NCBI RefSeq assembly: GCF_006345805.1
Contig: NC_043002.1
Span: 20,026,001-20,090,000 of the forward strand
Source: Octopus sinensis
Taxonomy: Eukaryota
DNA: 64,000 bases
Direction of reading: 5' to 3'
Position 1 is the first letter of the stretch; every line of letters starts with the position of its first letter. Positions 56,401-59,400 of this stretch are shown in pieces. The position numbers and the translations under genes were made by a program. The notes under the pieces were generated by a model that worked only from the letters and a program-made list of their open reading frames with translations, did no database searches and was not told the origin of the DNA.

Positions 56401-59400
56401 GACTTGCTCCCATGCCGGTGACATGTAAAAAGCACCATTCAAGTATGGTCGATGCCAGTACTGCCTGACTGGCCCTTGTGCTGGTGGCACGTAAAAAGCA
56501 CCCACTACATGCTTGGAGTGGTTGGTATTAGGAAGGGCATCCAGCTGTAGAAACCTTGCCAGATCAGATTGGAGCCTGGTACAGCCTTCTGGTTTGTTAG
56601 TCTTCAGTCAAACCGGCCAACCCATGCCAGCATGGAAAGTGGACGTTAAACAACGATAAGCTCATTGTGGTTGGAGATCAGTCACCAAAATGTCAATAGA
56701 CATTAGCAAAAAAAAAAAAGCTGAGACTGTCAATATCATGGTATCTTTTTTTAACATTTTATATACTTTTTAACTGCATTACTGCATTCATCCCCCCTCC
56801 TCCTTTTGATTCAATCATAAGATGGTCTGGTTTTTCCATCATGCAAACTGAACAAAGTTGCCTAAATTTCAAATAGAGGCATTGCTTATTGGCCCAGGTA
56901 TTTATTGGGGCATGGAATTAAAATCTGAACCAGTTAAAACAAAAGATATCCATCATATAGATAATCTAAGAGCCTGAAGTACTAGTGGTTTGATGGGTTG
57001 CACATCACTAGAGCTGTACACAAGTTTAAACATACAAGTTTCCAGTGTGGGAATCAAACCAAAAGATGTTTATCTTAGTGCACAGAATATGAAGTAGACT
57101 TTAACATCTTTGGACATTACTTATTACATACTCTATCACTGGATATGAGACATTTTGTGCTGCCTATTTGGCATTGTTGATTCAACACTGACTTACGTGA
57201 CATCAGACATTTTAATGTTTCTCATTCCCCACCCACATCTCTGTTCCTGTTTATGTGCAAGCATCTAGTTATGTCTGTATGTGTAATATCTCTTGCTGTC
57301 CCACCCAGCCACTCACTCACACACTCCCTCTCTGTATGCTATATTTCTGCACATGCATGTTTGCCTGCAGTGCCAAAACCATACAGCCACCAAATGTGCA
57401 GTTGAATGTGCAGTCAGCCATGTCCCAACAGCTGCACCCAACTGTTCCATTCCGTCCTTCACTGAAGACATATATAATAAGTTGTTGAAGATCATAACTT
57501 AACATCCATTATTCCATTATTTTACTAGAAAAAGACCAAAAAAGACAAAAAAAAAAAGAAGAGGTAAATCAAAATAATACTGACCTCTCGTGTAAAGTTC
57601 ATCACTCAAAGGTATTTCTCGAGGATCTGTTATATTGACAGCAACACACTCGGGAGTATAGCTCTCTTCAGTCAACAACTCATTGGGACAGCGGTCCCGC
57701 TCTGTCTTCAGCTGTTGGTCCATTCTGCTACAATTACAAAAGAGGAAATAAAACAAATTACTTAAAAGAATCGGAACTGTTTCATCAAATATTCACTTGT
57801 GCATCCAAGAAAATTTTGATTCTAACTGACATAAAAAAAGACTTGTAAAAGATGTTATTGAAACTATTACACAGAAATAATTATAAAAACCTAAATTAAT
57901 GAGGTGTGTTGACTAGGTAAAATGGTGACATACAGTCAACTGAATGATCAAAATCACTAGAAAGTGAGAGGAGAGAAAAGCAAAAAGGTTGACTTTGACA
58001 GGATTTGAGGTGCAAAAACAAAGCATCAAGAGCTGTCTAGAAGATGTATCAGCTTTTTGTCACTTGCACCAATTCCACCTTTAATAAATATTTAGCGAAA
58101 CTGGAAAATTTAATTTAGTTTAAGATCACAAATAAAACCTTATTTACAATTTTACACTTCCTAGAGGTTGTGGGGGCTTAAGCAATCAGGCTCAAGTATC
58201 CAGCACAGCTGCTGGAGCCAAATTATTTAAAATTAATCCCCACACACTGCTTGTAGGGAAGATAATTAAAGAGGGAAATAAAATGTCAGATTGTAACCCA
58301 ATACAGAAAATAATTAAACAGCTTTCAATATAAAGAAGAGTATGAATTATCTTAACTGGTTGACTCTTTAACTGTGAAGTAACGCCAGATCTTAAACTTC
58401 TGCCTGCTCTGTGTAACACATGATACAGGGGACATATTTCCTTGAGATCCATACATCATGTGTGACATGCATTCCCAATTTTGTTTTAATCACCCAAGTA
58501 ACTTGACTTATAAAAGGATCATATGAATTCAGGCTAGCTAGAACTTTGAAAACAAGCATGGACATTTAAAACAAACTTATGAAGATTCTTGGAACAAGTT
58601 AACAATAGGAAAAATAGATAAACAGGCATACGGACCTTACAGAGATACACAACACATATATTCCTGCTACTGGCCTAAATTGATACAGTGATGAGGCAAG
58701 CTGGTATAGTAGAAGGACAACTTATCACTAGGGCATCTAACATAGTTATGACACTGTGTAAAGTTTCTTTTATTAGTTTTAACCAACATCATTTAGCCCT
58801 AGGCCAGATCTGATACGATCCAGTAAACTGTTGATTAAAGATGTTTCAGTCATGATCAACCCACTTATAATAGTGAGACATGGTTTGAGGGAGGTTTGGT
58901 TACTATTTCTAACATGCTGAGAGACCAAGTGCTTACTAAAAGTGGAAATTACAAAAGAGAAAAAAAAAAACAACTTAATGCAGCTATGTGGTAGGTGCAG
59001 GTGTGGTAAGAAGCTTGCTTCCCAACCACATGGTTCTGGGTTCAGTTTCACTGTGTGGCATCTTGGGTAAATGCCTTCTACTATAACCCTGGGCTGACCA
59101 AAGCCTTGTGAGTGGATCTGGTGTATCCTCCCACCATCACTTGACAACCAATGTTGGTGTGTTTACATCCCTGTAACTTAGCGGTTCACCAAAAGAGGCC
59201 AACACAATAAGTACTAGGCTTACAAAGAATAAGTCCTGGGGTTGATTTGTTCAACTAAAGGCAGTGTTCCAGCATGGCTGCAGTCAAAAGAAGAAAAGAA
59301 TAAATCACGAACACAAGGCTTACCCAGATTTATGCCTGCTATCAACATCCACTGTTGGAATGGGTTCCATCTCAAATTGTACTCCTGTTTTAGCAGCTAC

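Noticed and set aside
56313-56505. Spaced repeats resembling a CRISPR array
   Set aside because: Eukaryotic intron; the whole unit repeats, there are no unique spacers, and it belongs to the RTE 3' UTR.
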